NCBI GenBank assembly: GCA_035084275.1
Contig: CM068774.1
Span: forward strand, 372,001-436,000
From: Hydrolagus colliei
Lineage: Eukaryota
Length of the DNA stretch: 64,000 nucleotides
Direction of reading: 5' to 3'
Part shown: piece after piece, positions 13,241 through 25,508 of the stretch
How the letters are laid out: each line of letters begins with the position of its first letter
How positions within the stretch are numbered: position 1 is the first letter of the stretch
Program-made: the position numbers and the translations under genes
Notes under the pieces: model-generated
The model's input: the letters and a program-made list of their open reading frames with translations, nothing else
Told to the model about the DNA's origin: nothing
Databases searched by the model: none

Positions 13241-14364
13241 ATGATACTTATTTAGTGTGTAGTAGGGAGCCAATGGAGCCTCGTGAGGGCTGGGGAGATC
13301 AAGTGAAGAGAGTTCAGTGTGTAATATGGATTCAATGGAGCCTGGCAATGGCAGGTTGGTGGGGGGAGGCAGTTTATTGTGTGGCAGGGAGCCAGGCTGG
13401 GGTGACGGGGGGAGAGAGTTTAGTGTCTGGTAGGGAGTAGTGGAGCCTGGCGAGGGCCTCAGAGATGGGGGCATAGAGTTTAGTGTGTGATAGGGAGCCA
13501 GTGGAGCCTTTCGAGGCCTGGGGAGCTGGGGGGAAGAGAGGTTAGTGTGTGATAGAGAACCAGTGGAGCCCGACGAGTGTTGGGGAGTTGGGGGAAGAGA
13601 GTTTAGTGTATAATATGGATTCAATGGAGTCTGGCGATGGCAGGTTGATGCGGGGAGACAGTTTATTGTGTGGTAAGGAGCCAGGCTGGGGTGACGGGGG
13701 GAGAGAGTTTAGTGTCTGGTAGGGAACTAGTGGAGCCTGGTGAGGGCTGTGGAGATGGGGGAAGAGTTTTGTACGTGAATAGGGAGCCAGTGGAGCCCGG
13801 TGAGGGCTGGGGTGATCTGTGGAGAGATTTTAGTGTGTGATAGGGAGCCAGGGTAGCCTGAGAAGAAATGGCGAGGTGAGGCAGTGAGATTAGTGCATGA
13901 TGGGGAGCCAGTGGAGCTTGGCGAGGGCTGGTTGATGAGGGGAGAATGTTTAGTGTGTGATAGAGATCCAGTGGAAGCCTGGCAAAGACTGTAGTGATGG
14001 AGGGAGAGAATTGAATGTGTTGTAAGGATTCACTGGAGCCTGGCAAGGGCTGGGTAGATGGGGGAAGGGAGTTTAGTGTGTGATAGGAGCCAATGGAGCC
14101 AGACGAGGGCTGGTTGATGGAGGGAGAGAGAGTTTAGTGTGCGATAGGGAGCTAGTGGAGCCTCGAGAGGGCTGGGTTGATGTGGGGATAGAATTTTGTG
14201 TGTGGTGGGGAGCCAGGGGAGTCTGACGAGAGATGGGGAAATGGGGAAGAGAGTTTGATGTGTGATAGGGAGATAGTGGTGCCTGGCGTGGCCTGCGGAG
14301 ATGCGAGGAGACAGTTTAGTGTGCGATAGGGAGCCAGGAGAGCCTGGCGACGGCTGGATTGACA

Positions 14365-14500
14365 TGTTTCCAACACACACACACGTCTAATCATAATCCG
14401 TTCAAGAAAAATCACAATAATAAAATTGGTCATTTCAATCCATGGCTGTTTGTGGTGGACGCTGCTTTGGGCAATTGGCTGCCGCATTTCTCATGCATTT
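14365..14500 (+). mobile_element. SINE internal fragment
   Basis: aataaaattggtcatttcaatccatggctg...gcaattggctgccgc matches the 12930 SINE. Confidence 0.7.
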
Positions 14501-14619
14501 CTCAAGCCTTTATCACTTCCTCTAACTCTCTCCAACACTCACTGTCTCACATTTCACTCTCTCCCTCTCACACACACTCTCTCACACTCACTCTCTCACT
14601 CCCTCTCACAGGAGTGAGG

Positions 14620-15335
14620 AGAGGGTGGGCTGGGTGAGGAGGGGGAGATCCTGGGGGGGAGGGGGCGGGGCTGGGTGAGGATGGGGAGTGCCTGGGGGAG
14701 GAGCTGGGGGTGGTGGGGGAGGGGCTGGGGGAAGGACTTAGGGGGTGGGGGGAGGAGGAGGGGCTGGGAGAGGAGGGGGAGGGGCTGGGGGAGGAGGAGG
14801 GGCTGGGGGAAGGACTTAGGGAGTGGGGCTTGGGGGCGGGGCTGGGAGAGGAGGGGGAGGGTTTTGGGGGAGGGGCTGGGGAGGGGTTTGGGGGAGGGGC
14901 TGGGGGGAGGAGGAGGAGGGGCTGGGGGAGGAGGAGGGGCTGGGGGAGGAGGAGGGGGAGGGGCTGGGGGGAGGAGGAGGGGCTGGGGGAAGGACTTAGG
15001 GAGTGGGGCTTGGGGGCGGAGCTGGGTGAGGATGGGGAGTGCCTGGGAGAGGAGGGGGAGGAACTGGGGGTGGTGGGGGAGGGGCTGGGGAGGAGGAGGG
15101 GCTGGGGGAAGGACTTAGGGGGTGGGGCTTGGGGGAGGGGCTGGGAGAGGAGGGGGAGGGTTTGGGGGGAGGGGCTGGGGAGGGGTTTGGGGGAGGGGCT
15201 GGGGGGAGGAGGAGGAGGGGCTGGGGGGAGGAGGAGGAGGGGCTGGGGAGGAGGGGGAGGGGTTTGGGGGAGGGGCTGGGGGGGGAGGAGGAGGGGCTGG
15301 GAGGAGGGGCTGGGAGAGGGGGGAGTGGGAGGGGC
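14620..15335. repeat. G-rich low-complexity repeat (ggggaggaggaggggct)n
   Basis: Direct reading; G-quadruplex potential. Confidence 0.9.
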
Positions 15336-17235
15336 TGTATTACAGCTCTAATCACATCCACTTTACAAATTCTTACTTTTCATCAACAACAACAACATGA
15401 CATTTGTGCAGAGCCTCTGTCAGGACGTCCCAAGGCTGGACAGTCACTGCGTCAGACCCAAGCTGAGGACAGGGGGGGGGGGGGGCGAGGGAGTGTGTAA
15501 GAGATGGTGAGTATGTGAGATATTGAGGGAGGGAGGGAGGGGGCAAGGCAGAGGGACTGTGGGCTGCAGTTCCAGAGGTTGGGGGTGAGTGAAGTCTCGC
15601 CCTTTAGCCAATGGTTGGGCGGGTGGGTTGGGGGACGTGGAGCCGGCCAGAGGCAGCAGCAGCGGAGTCCCTGTCTCTCTCTCTCTTTCTCACTGAGGGA
15701 GGGAGGTGGCGGGCGGGCGGGCGGGCGGGCAGGTTGTTAAGGGGATAGGAGGTCATGGATGTAGGGTGGGGGGGGGGGGGGGGGCAAGGTTGTGGAGGCT
15801 TTATATGTGAGAACCCTGATCTTGAATTGGATTCTCTGGACGATGGGGAGCCAATGGAGTCGGGCGAGGATGGGGGAGATGGAGAGACTTGGAGGGGTGG
15901 GGGGGAGGGGTGGGGGTTAGATGGAGAGACTTGGGGGGGAAGAGAGAACGAGAGATAACAAAAGATGGAGTATTCATATTTTTAATGCATTTTTACATTT
16001 TTTTAAGTAGAATATTGAGACAGAAACACACACACTGACCAGCACACACTCACACACTCATTCACATACACACACAACCAATACACACACCCAAACACAG
16101 ACAGAGACAAAGTCACAGATTACATACGCCATTTATATTTAACGAGATAATAGAAATTTCACAAACTATTTTAGGGCTAAATTGCTAAATCTCTCACATT
16201 ATATTCTGTTTCTCTTTCTTTCACACTCACTCTCTCTCCGTCACACTCACTCACCTACCTACCTCTCATATGTCTGTCTGTGTGTGTGTCTGTATGTGTG
16301 TGGAGTGAGACAGCGACAGAGGGAGTGTGCAAAAGTGTGTAAGTGTATGAGTGTGTAAGTGTGTGTGCAAAAATGCAAAAAAAGCTTTTGATGCTTAAAA
16401 AAATATGAGAATGCGAGCGAGTGTGAGGATGTGAGCGAGTGTGAGTGTTTGTGTGAGTGTGAGGGAGAGAGAGTGACACACACACACACATACACCAACT
16501 CTCTATAATCCAAATTACACACATTTTAGGGAATAATAAACTTTGTAGAGACATTTCAAAGCGCTTCATAGGACACGCTGTATAGTATAGTGACTGTGTG
16601 TTATGATGTATAGTGTAGTGACTGTGTGTTGTGACTATATAGTGTAGTGACTGTGTGTTTTGTGGGCGAAACCACATGAATCACATTATATATGTTAGAA
16701 TTATTTACAAGGAATTACAATCTCTCTCCCTCTTTCTCACAATCCCTCCCTCTCTCTCACAATCTCTCCCCTACCCTCTCTCTCTCACACACAAATCCCT
16801 CTTTCTCTCTCTCTCCCCTCCCTTTCTCTTTCCTTCTCGTATTCTTTCACTCTCTCTAGTTCTCTCACTTGATCTCTCTCACACTCGCTCTCTCATTCTC
16901 TCTCATCCTCACTCTCACCCTCGCTCTCTCTCTCTCCTCTCTCTACTCCCCCCTCCCTCTCTACCCCCCTCCCACCTCTCCCTCTACCACCCCTCTCCCC
17001 CCCTCCGTCTCTCTCCTCACTCCCTCTCGCCCCCCTCCCCCTCTCCCCCCTCCCTCTTCCTCCCCCCTCTCCCTCTACCCCCCCCTCTCTCCCCCCTCTC
17101 CCCTCTACCTCTCTCTATGCCCCGTCTCTCCTCCCTCCCTCTCTCTCCCCACTACCCCTCTCCCTACCCCCCCTCTCCCCTCTCCCTATCCCCCCCTCCT
17201 CCTCCCCCTCCCCCCCACACCCCTCTTTCCCCTCG

Positions 17236-17345
17236 CTATATATAATATTCTCTCTTCTCCTCAGTCGCTGACTCGGAGTTGATGATCGCAGCGTTCGCTT
17301 CCCCACCGTCTTCACAGCCTTTAGCCTCATGTGTTACATACGTCC
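17236..17345 (-). CDS. CADM3: CADM3-like exon 9: cytoplasmic tail GTYVTHEAKG...EEKREYYI*
   Basis: Acceptor ctcag|GG. Carries the protein 4.1-binding motif (HK)GTYxTHE and a C-terminal class II PDZ motif EYYI typical of CADMs; stop TAG. Confidence 0.9.
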
Positions 17346-17699
17346 CTGAGAGAGAGTGAGAGAGTGAGTGAGAGAGAGGGAGAGGGACTGAAAGAGAGGG
17401 AGAGACTGAGAGAAAGAGAGAGAGGGAGGGGAGAGGGGGGCAGAGAGAGGGAGAGAGAAGAGACTGAGAGAGGGAGAGAGACTGAGAGAGGGAGAGAACA
17501 CACACTCAAACACATACACAATGTGAGACACATTGACAAACATACAGTGATACACACACACTGATATACACACACTCTCACACACACACACAGTGAGACA
17601 CACACACACACACTGACACACACTCATTCAGAGACACCCACACACTCAGACACACACACAGTGAGACACACACACACACAGTGACACACACATACTCAC

Positions 17700-17825
17700 C
17701 TTTATGATGGATTAAGTAGCGAATGAAAGCAATAAACAGACAGAGCGACAGAAACACCAGAATCGCGACCACACAACCCACGATGGCGTGATTCACACCC
17801 GCAGGGGAGAGAGCTGTCACAGAAT
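17700..17825 (-). CDS. CADM3: CADM3-like exon 8: transmembrane (VNHAIVGCVVAILVFLSLCLFIAFIRYLIHHK)
   Basis: ggcag|AT ... AAAG|gtgagt, phase 1-1, 126 bp. Confidence 0.9.
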
Positions 17826-18245
17826 CTGCCAAGAAACAGTGAGAAATACTGAGAGAGACAGAGAGAGAGAGAGACGGGGAGAGACTGGGAGAAAGCAGTC
17901 ACCGAATCTGCCGAGAAACAGTGGGAAACAGTGAGAAAGAGAGAGAGAGAGAGACAGGGACTGAGAGAGAGAGACTGAGACAGAAAGAGGAAGACAGAGA
18001 GAGAGAGAGAGAGAGCCAGGCTGAGTGAGATTGAGAGAGAGAGACACTGAGAGAGACAGGGACTGAAGAGTGAGAGAGAGATAGCGAGACTGAGTCTCTC
18101 TCTCTCTCTCTATGTCTCTCTATCTCTCACTGTCTCAGTCTCTCTCTCTCTCAGTCTCTCTCTCTCTCACTCAGTCTCTCTCACATACACACAGAGACCG
18201 AGAGAGAGAGACAGACAGAGAGGGAGAGAGAGAGCTGTAACTCAC

Positions 18246-18418
18246 CGTGAATGCTTAGGGTATAGTTTAAATGTTCAGTGCCCACCTCGTTGGTGGCTTC
18301 GCACCTATACAGGCCCTCATCGCTCTTGTTGAGTGAGCGGAAGGTCAGATTCTCTCCCCTCACAAACGCCCGGTCCGAGAACTCACCATTAAACCGGGTC
18401 CACAGAACTCTCACAGCC
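18246..18418 (-). CDS. CADM3: CADM3-like exon 7: Ig3 second half (LWTR...LNKSDEGLYRCEATNEVG)
   Basis: ccaag|G ... CACG|gtgagt, phase 2-1; DxGxYxC motif. Confidence 0.9.
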
Positions 18419-19414
18419 CTTGGGGGGGGGAGAGAGAGAGACAGAGAGAGAGGTCAGGGTTAGAGAGAGAGAGAGACTGAGAGAGAGACAGAGAGAGAGA
18501 CAGAAAGAGAGAGGTCAGGGTTACAGTGAGAGACAGGGAGAGACAGAGACCGAGGTTGAATGAGAAAGATAAGAGACAGTGAGAGACACATAGAGAGAAC
18601 TGAGAGACAGAGATAGAAGTCTGGGTTAGAGACACAGTAAAGCTCCCTCTACACTGTGTGTGTGTCTCTGATGTATGTCTATCTCTGTGTGTGTATGTGC
18701 ATCTGTATGTATGTGTGTGTATGTGGGGAGTAAGGGGTATGGAGTGAGTGTGTGTGAGAGAGAGACAGAGGTGGATGGAGTGAGAGAGAGATGGATGGAT
18801 GGAGTGTGAGAGTCTGTGAGNNNNNNNNNNNNNNNNNNNNNNNNNNNNNNNNNNNNNNNNNNNNNNNNNNNNNNNNNNNNNNNNNNNNNNNNNNNNNNNN
18901 NNNNNNNNNNNNNNNNNNNNNNNNNNNNNNNNNNNNNNNNNNNNNNNNNNNNNNNNNNNNNNNNNNNNNNNNNNNNNGTGAGATGGATAGAGACTTGGTG
19001 GGAGTCAGGGGATGGAGTGAGCGTATGAGAAAGAGAGAGAGACAGAGAGACTGAGAAAGTGTGTGTGTGTGAGAGAGACAGAGAGACAGTATGTGAGAGA
19101 GAGAGAGAGACTGAGAGATGGATAGAGTGAGTGTGAAAAAGAGAGAAGGATGGGGTGAGTGTGAGAGAGAGAGCCTGAGAGAGACTGAGTGTGTGTGAGA
19201 GAGAGTGTGTGAGAGAGAGGGATGGAGTGAGTGTGTGAGAGAGACTGAGTGTATGAGAGTGTGTGAATGAGAGAGAGGGGGATGGATGGAGTGAGTGTGA
19301 GAATTTGAGAGAGACTGAGAGAGACTGAGTGCATGAGTGTGTGAGTGTGTGTGAGCAAGAGAGTGTGTGAGAAAGAGAGAGAAAGGATGGAGTGAGTGGG
19401 AGAGAGTAACTCAC

Positions 19415-19505
19415 GGAGGGTTGGAGTTTGCTATACAGCGGAGCGTGAAAATCTCATCCTCCTTCACGACTTTGCTGGAGGGTGTGATAGTGACAGAGGG
19501 TGGGT
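19415..19505 (-). CDS. CADM3: CADM3-like exon 6: Ig3 first half (YPPSVTITPSS...LRCIANSNPP)
   Basis: cacag|AC ... CC|gtgagt, phase 1-2. Confidence 0.88.
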
Positions 19506-21036
19506 CTGTGGGGGGCAGAGAGAAAGAGTGAGTGAGAGAGAGAGTGAGAGTGAGTGAGCGAGCGAGTGAGAGAGACGGGGAGAGCATGTATGAGAGATGG
19601 GGAGAGACTGAGGGAAGGGGGAGAGAGAGAATGAGGGAGAGAGAGATAGGCTGTGAGGGAGAGACAGAGAGAGAGTGTGGGAGGGAGAGAGAGGGGAATG
19701 CGTGAGGGAGAATTAGAGAGTGACACATACACACACTAACACACACACACTAACACACACACACAGTAGACACACACACAGAGAGTGTGTGAGAGATAGA
19801 GAGATTGAGAGTGTGAGAGAAACAGAGAGAGAGTATGAGAGAGAGTGTGAGAGAGGAGAGATAGTATGAAAGAGAGCCAGAGAGAGTGANNNNNNNNNNN
19901 NNNNNNNNNNNNNNNNNNNNNNNNNNNNNNNNNNNNNNNNNNNNNNNNNNNNNNNNNNNNNNNNNNNNNNNNNNNNNNNNNNNNNNNNNNNNNNNNNNNN
20001 NNNNNNNNNNNNNNNNNNNNGAGACAGAGAGAGAGAGTGTGGTGAGGGAAAGAGTGTATGAGTGAGGGAGAAAGTGTGAGAGAGAGAGAGAGTGAGAGAT
20101 GGAGAGAGATTGTGAGTGTGAGAGTGGAGAGTGAGAGAGTGTGTGTGTGACTGTGAGAGACTGAGAGACTGATGTGTGAGAGCGAGAGACTGAGACAGAC
20201 AGTGTGTGAGAGAGAGACTGTGTGAGAGAGAGACCGAGAGAGAGAGAGATGGATGGATGGAGTGAGTGTGTGTGAGAGAAAGGTGGAGTGTGTGTGTGAG
20301 TGAGAGAGTGAAGGTGATTAAGAGTGTGTGAGAGACGGAGAGAGAGATTGAAAGTGAGGGAGAGAGAGCGTGAGGGAGAAAGAGAGTGTGTGTGAGGGAG
20401 GGAGGGAGGGAGGGAGAACGTGTGAAGGAGAGAGAGGGAATGTGTGAGGGAGAGAGAGAGACACACACACACACAGTGTGTGAGAGAGTGAGGGAGAGTA
20501 AGAGTGAGTAAGAGAATGTGAGAGAGGCGGAGAGAGAGTGTGTGTGTCTGTGTGAGAGACTGAGAGACTGAGTGTGTGTGAGAGAGAGACTGAGAGAGAG
20601 CGTGTGTGTGTCTGTGAGAGACTGAGAGGGAGTCTGAGAGACTAAGTGTGTGAGAGACTGAGAGAAAGAGAGAGTGTGTGTGTCTGTGTGAGAGAGACTG
20701 AGAGAGACAGTGTGAGAGAGAGGCTGAGATGTGGATAGTGTGAGTGAGGGAGATGTGTGAGAGAGGGAGTGTGTGTGAGAGAGGGGAGTGTGTGTGAGAG
20801 AGGGAGTGTGTGTGAGAGAGGGAGTGTGTGTGAGAGAGGGAGTGTGTGTGAGAGAGGGAGTGTGTGAGTGAGGGAGAGTGTGTGAGTAAGGGACGGAGAG
20901 GGAGAGAGACTGAGAGAGTGTGAGAGAGAGACAGAGAGAGAGGGAGAGTGTGAGAGACAGAGAGAGATTGATAGTGTACGACAGATGGAGAGAGGGAGAT
21001 GGAGAGACAGAGCGAGAGTGAGAGAGACTGAGAGAC

Positions 21037-21076
<40 letters not shown>

Positions 21077-21080
21077 TTAC

Positions 21081-21240
21081 AGATCACATTGAGGTTGACA
21101 GATGAGATTCTCTCGCTCGGTTTTCTCGGTCAAACAATTCACTTGTTTCTCGTTGTCGAGTCGGGAAACCAGGAAGTAAACCTGACTGACCACAGTGTAC
21201 GCTCTACCCTCACTCCCCGCGTCAATCTGGGACCCATTCT
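21081..21240 (-). CDS. CADM3: CADM3-like exon 5: Ig2 second half (carries a 1-nt frameshift as assembled)
   Basis: gtag|AG ... ATCT|gtaagt. Encodes AYTVVSQVYFLVSRLDNEKQVNC. At 160 bp it is one base too long; removing one T from tttt at 21121-21124 gives ...EKPSERISSVNLNVIY. Confidence 0.8.
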
Positions 21241-22089
21241 CTACACACAGGGGGAGAGAGAGGTGGGGAGAGAGGGTTAGAGACACACAGAGAGAGAGAG
21301 AGAGACTGTGAGAGACAGAGTGAGGGAGCCACAGAGAGAGTGGGAGAGAGAGTGAGAGAGAGAGTATGAGAGACACAGAGAGAGTGGGAGAGAGAGTGAG
21401 AGAGAGAGAGTATGAGAGACAGAGAGAGTGAGGGAATGGGGGGAGAGAGTGAGAGAGAGAATGTGAGGGACAGAGAGTCAGGGAGAGACTATATGAGAGA
21501 GAGGGAGAGACTGTAAGAGAGAGTCTGAGAGAGACTGTGAGAGTGCGGGAGAGAGAGTGTGAGAGAGATACGTAGAGAGAGAGGGAGAGAGAGTCTGAGA
21601 GAGGGGGAGAGAGAGTGAGGGAGTCATGAGAGAGACAGAGAGTGAGGGAAGAAGAGACAGAGTGTGAGAGAGACTGAGAGCGACAGAGAGTCTGAGGGAG
21701 ACTGTGAGAGAGAGAGGAGAGTGTGTGAGAGAGAGGTAGAGTGTGAGAGTCAGAGAGGGAGAGTGTGAGGGAGAGAAAGTGGGGGAGAGAGATAGTGAGG
21801 GAGAGAGTGAGAGAGACTGTGAGAGAGAGAGAGGGAAAGAGTGGTGAGGGAGAGAGAGAGTGAGGGAGAGAGTGAGGGAGAGAGATGGAGAGACAGAGAG
21901 AGAGGGAGAGAGAGGGAAAGAAAGAGAATGTGAGGGGAGAGATTGAGTGTCAGAGTGAGAGAGACAGAATGTGTGTGAGAATTTGGGTTGTTCTTTGTGA
22001 AAGTCATATTAATCATCTCCTAACTCTTATTAATGTCTCTCGCTGTCTGACTCCACGTCAGACAGCGAGAGAGAGAGAGAGAGAGAATA

Positions 22090-22905
22090 CAGGTATCTCC
22101 TGATTCATGATGTTTCTATTTACATGGTTTCCATTTGCATAACCTGAGGTGGTTTGTTTTTTTGACAAAATTTTCGTGCCTTAAACCCATTAAAATAACA
22201 CACAAAATACACAAAATAACACACAAAACACACAAAATAACACAAAGGCAAGATTTAGTATCTAAAGTGATGACTTTGCGGGGTCTCTTACCAGTAGCAA
22301 TATTACCGCTGCTCATTTCAGTTACTGGTCTCTTTTCTGACATTGTAGAAACGCGGTAGAGGCTGTAAATCTCTCGACACAGTGTGGTGTGGCTTCAAAA
22401 GAAGCTGGTTTTTAAAACGCTTTAAAAAATGCGACTCCGCTGACCAATCAGTATAAAGAGTGTACCCCCCCCACAATCCCCCTTCCCCCCCCACCCACCC
22501 CCCCAATTTACCGCAGGGCTGTTTGCGTTCCTGAAAAAATGTTGCGCAAATCGAAACTTTGTAATGGAGCCGCGGTTCCCCATGCGTTCCCATTGTGTAA
22601 CCCGTAAATACATCCAAATAAACAGATTTGCAAAATGTTTCTGTTGTTAAAACGGAACCAAATGTCGTACATCGATTAAAAAGGTGTTAAAAAATTCTGT
22701 CTGTTTGTTAAATCGAAACGTCATAAATCAAAACGCAGCTTCCCACGTGGTCCCATCCGTGTGCAGCACGTGCGCAAAACACATCTGGGAAACTTTATTG
22801 TCCCTAAAACAAAACAAAATATTCTACATCGAAAAAAAGGTCTTAAAGTATGACGTGAGTTAAATCAAAAAAACATGTCAATAGAAACGTCGTAAATCAG
22901 GAGAG
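22090..22905 (-). mobile_element. pogo/Tigger-like non-autonomous DNA transposon
   Basis: Imperfect TIRs: caggtatctcctgattcatgatgtttctatttaca versus rc of tgtcaatagaaacgtcgtaaatcaggagag. TA at the left end. Remnant KRPRKVITLDTK resembles the CENP-B-type HTH start. Confidence 0.7.
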
Positions 22906-22984
22906 TCAGACAGAGAAACTCGGAGCTGGTGTGAGAGACCGACTGATTGATTCAATATTGATTATTGATTGACTTATCGGTTAC

Positions 22985-23122
22985 CGATCAGTTGCTCTTT
23001 CCCCTTGAGCCAGCGCAGTGTAGTGACTGGTTTATTCCCAGAACTCGAACACGATAAACTGACCATTTCTCCTTCGGTATATCGTGGCTTTAATCCCAAA
23101 ATCTCCGGTCTTTCTGGGATGC
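22985..23122 (-). CDS. CADM3: CADM3-like exon 4: Ig2 first half (GIPERPEILG...LSCSSSGNKPVTTLRWLKG)
   Basis: gctag|GC ... ATCG|gtaacc, phase 1-1, 138 bp. Not in the supplied ORF track. Confidence 0.88.
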
Positions 23123-23337
23123 CTAGCAAACACACACACACACACAAACAGCGTTAGAGACACAGAAAAGCTCTCTCTACACTGTGCGTTCGCCCACACT
23201 CCCAGGTCAGGGTTAGAGACACAGGCACCCAGATAGATAGTCTGGGGATGGAGTGAATGTGAGAGGGAGGGCAGGACGTGGGGGAGAGGGAGAGAGACTT
23301 GGGGGAGAGGGAGTGAGTGTGAGAGGGAGAGACTTAC

Positions 23338-23490
23338 CCCAGACGGTGAGGGTGGAGGTGGCAGTTCTGACGGGCATTGTGAACACAGAGCAGGTGTACT
23401 CGCCCTCGTCGCTCACAGACACATTGTGGATCAAAATCGTCAGTTCGTTCCTGGAGTAAAAGTTTAACACAATCCTGGGATCTCGGAGAG
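23338..23490 (-). CDS. CADM3: CADM3-like exon 3: V domain second half (ALRDPRIVL...VSVSDEGEYTCSVFTMPVRTA)
   Basis: cccag|CT ... TGGG|gtaagt, 153 bp. ALRD and DEGEYTCS-FTMPVRT resemble CADM3. Confidence 0.92.
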
Positions 23491-25508
23491 CTGGGGGAGA
23501 GAGAGAGAGAGAGGGTGAGAGAGCTAGGGGAGAGAGAGAGAGAGAGGGTGAGAGAGCTGGGGGAGAGAGAGAGGGTGAGAGAGCTGGGGGAGAGAGAGAG
23601 AGAGAGGGTGAGAGAGCTGGGGGAGAGAGAGAGAGAGGGTGAGAGAGCTGGGGGAGAGAGNNNNNNNNNNNNNNNNNNNNNNNNNNNNNNNNNNNNNNNN
23701 NNNNNNNNNNNNNNNNNNNNNNNNNNNNNNNNNNNNNNNNNNNNNNNNNNNNNNNNNNNNNNNNNNNNNNNNNNNNNNNNNNNNNNNNNNNNNNNNNNNN
23801 NNNNGAGAGGGAGTGAGGGAGCTGGGGGAGAGAGAGAGAGAGAGAGGGTGAGAGAGAGGGAGTGAGGGAGCTGGGGGAGAGAGAGAGGATGAGAGAGAGG
23901 GTGTGAGAGTGTGGGATGGCTGGAGGGGGGAGAGAGGGGGGGGGTGAGAGTGGGGGGGGGAAGAGAGAGAGACAGATTGAGAGAGAATGAGAGAGAGTGT
24001 GTGGGGGGGGTGGGGAATGGGAGGGAGAGAGCGAGGCAGAGAGACAGAGACAGGTGGGTGGGAGAGGGTGGGTGGGAGAGGGTGGGGGCAGTTGAGGACA
24101 GGGGAGTGAGAGAGGAGATTGTGAGGGAGTGGGGAGGGAGGGAAGGAGTGAGTGAGTAAGGGGTGAGAGACAGACTGAGAGGGAGAGAGACAAATACACA
24201 CAGACCTAGTCAGGGCGGGGAGGGGGTGAGGGCAGAGAGGGAGGGGGTGAGGGAGGGTAGGGGTGTGAGGGGGAAAGAGAGAGTGAGAGAGAGCGACTGA
24301 GACAGAGAGAGAGAGAGACAGACTCTCTCCCTTCCAACTCTCGCCTACTCCCCTCCAGTGGGGTGAGGGGGGATTGTGAGGGCGGTGTGGGAGGGGGTGA
24401 GTGAGAGAGTGTGGGGGGGAGAGACAGACTGAGAGAGGGGAGTGGGGGGCGGGGGAGAGGACAGGGTGGGTGGGAGGGGGTGAGAGAGAGATAGAGTGTG
24501 GGGGAGAGGGAGACTGAGAGAGCGTGAGAAACAAGCAGACAGAGAGAGAGAGAGACATAGAGACAGAGACATAGACAGAGAGACTGAGGCAGAGAGAGAC
24601 TGAGACACACAGACAGTGTCTGTCTGCGTGTGTGCCTGTCTGTCTGTGATTGTGAGGGGAGTGTTGGGGGGGATTGTGAGGGGAGTGGGAGACAGAACGA
24701 GAGAGAGACAGACAGAGAGACGGATGGATGGGAGTGGGGGAGAGGGAGTTGAGGAGAGAGAGAGTGTGGGGGAGAGGGAGACAGAGTGAGAGAGGGAGTG
24801 AGAGACAGAGAAAGACAGACTGAGAGAGAGAGACAGAGAGAGGGGGGTGGTGAGGACAGGGAGAGAGGTAGTGGGGAGGGAAAGAGAGATTTTGGGGGGG
24901 GTGGTGGAGAGAGACAGATTGAGAGAGACAGAGAGAGACTGAGGAGAGTGACGGAGAGAGAGAGGGGGGAGGGAGAGGAATGGGGAGAGAGGGAGGGGAG
25001 TTGGGGGAGAGAGGGAGGGGAGTGGGGGGGGGAAGGGAGGGGAGTGGGGGAGAGTGAGGGGAGTGTGGGGGGAGAGGGAGGTGAGTGGGGGGGAGAGGGA
25101 GGAGAGGGACGGGAGTGGGGGGGAGAGGGAGGGGAGCTGGGGGAGAGAGGGAGGGGAGTGGGGGGGGCAGTGTGGGGGTAGAGAGAGAGAGAGACAGACT
25201 CTCTCCATCTCCCCCTCCCCTCCAAGTCTCTTTCCATTTCCCCCCAAGTCTCTCTCACCCCCTCCCATCCTGCCCTCACCCCCTGGAAATTGAGTGACTT
25301 GCGGAGTGAGGGGGGGGGGGGGGGGGGAGGTGAGAGAGGGGGGTATTGTGAAGGGAATGGGGGAAGGAGGGGGAGGGGAGTGAGTGGAGGGGAGAGGGAG
25401 ACTGAGAGTGAGAGACAGACAAGAGTGAGACACAGACACACTGACAGATATTCTCTCTCTGTCTCTTTTTCTCTCTCAATCTCTCTGAGAGGGAGGGAGG
25501 GGAGTGAG

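Larger units (their letters stand above)
10595..14360. repeat. ~60-bp minisatellite derived from L2 ORF2, interrupted by a Gypsy remnant and a SINE
   Basis: The unit gggagccagtggagcctggcgagggctggggtgatgggggagagagtttagtgtgtgata resembles L2 29075-29140; the minus strand reads LARLHWLP. Confidence 0.85.

Noticed and set aside
3101-17200. Downstream exons (e.g. SEA, TM) of the mucin-like gene on +
   Set aside because: I could not find a convincing acceptor-ORF-donor unit among the repeats, so none is reported.
17826-17909. Alternative acceptor for the CADM TM exon at 17907
   Set aside because: Local duplicate of the acceptor 82 nt upstream. It is out of frame, so it is a decoy at most.
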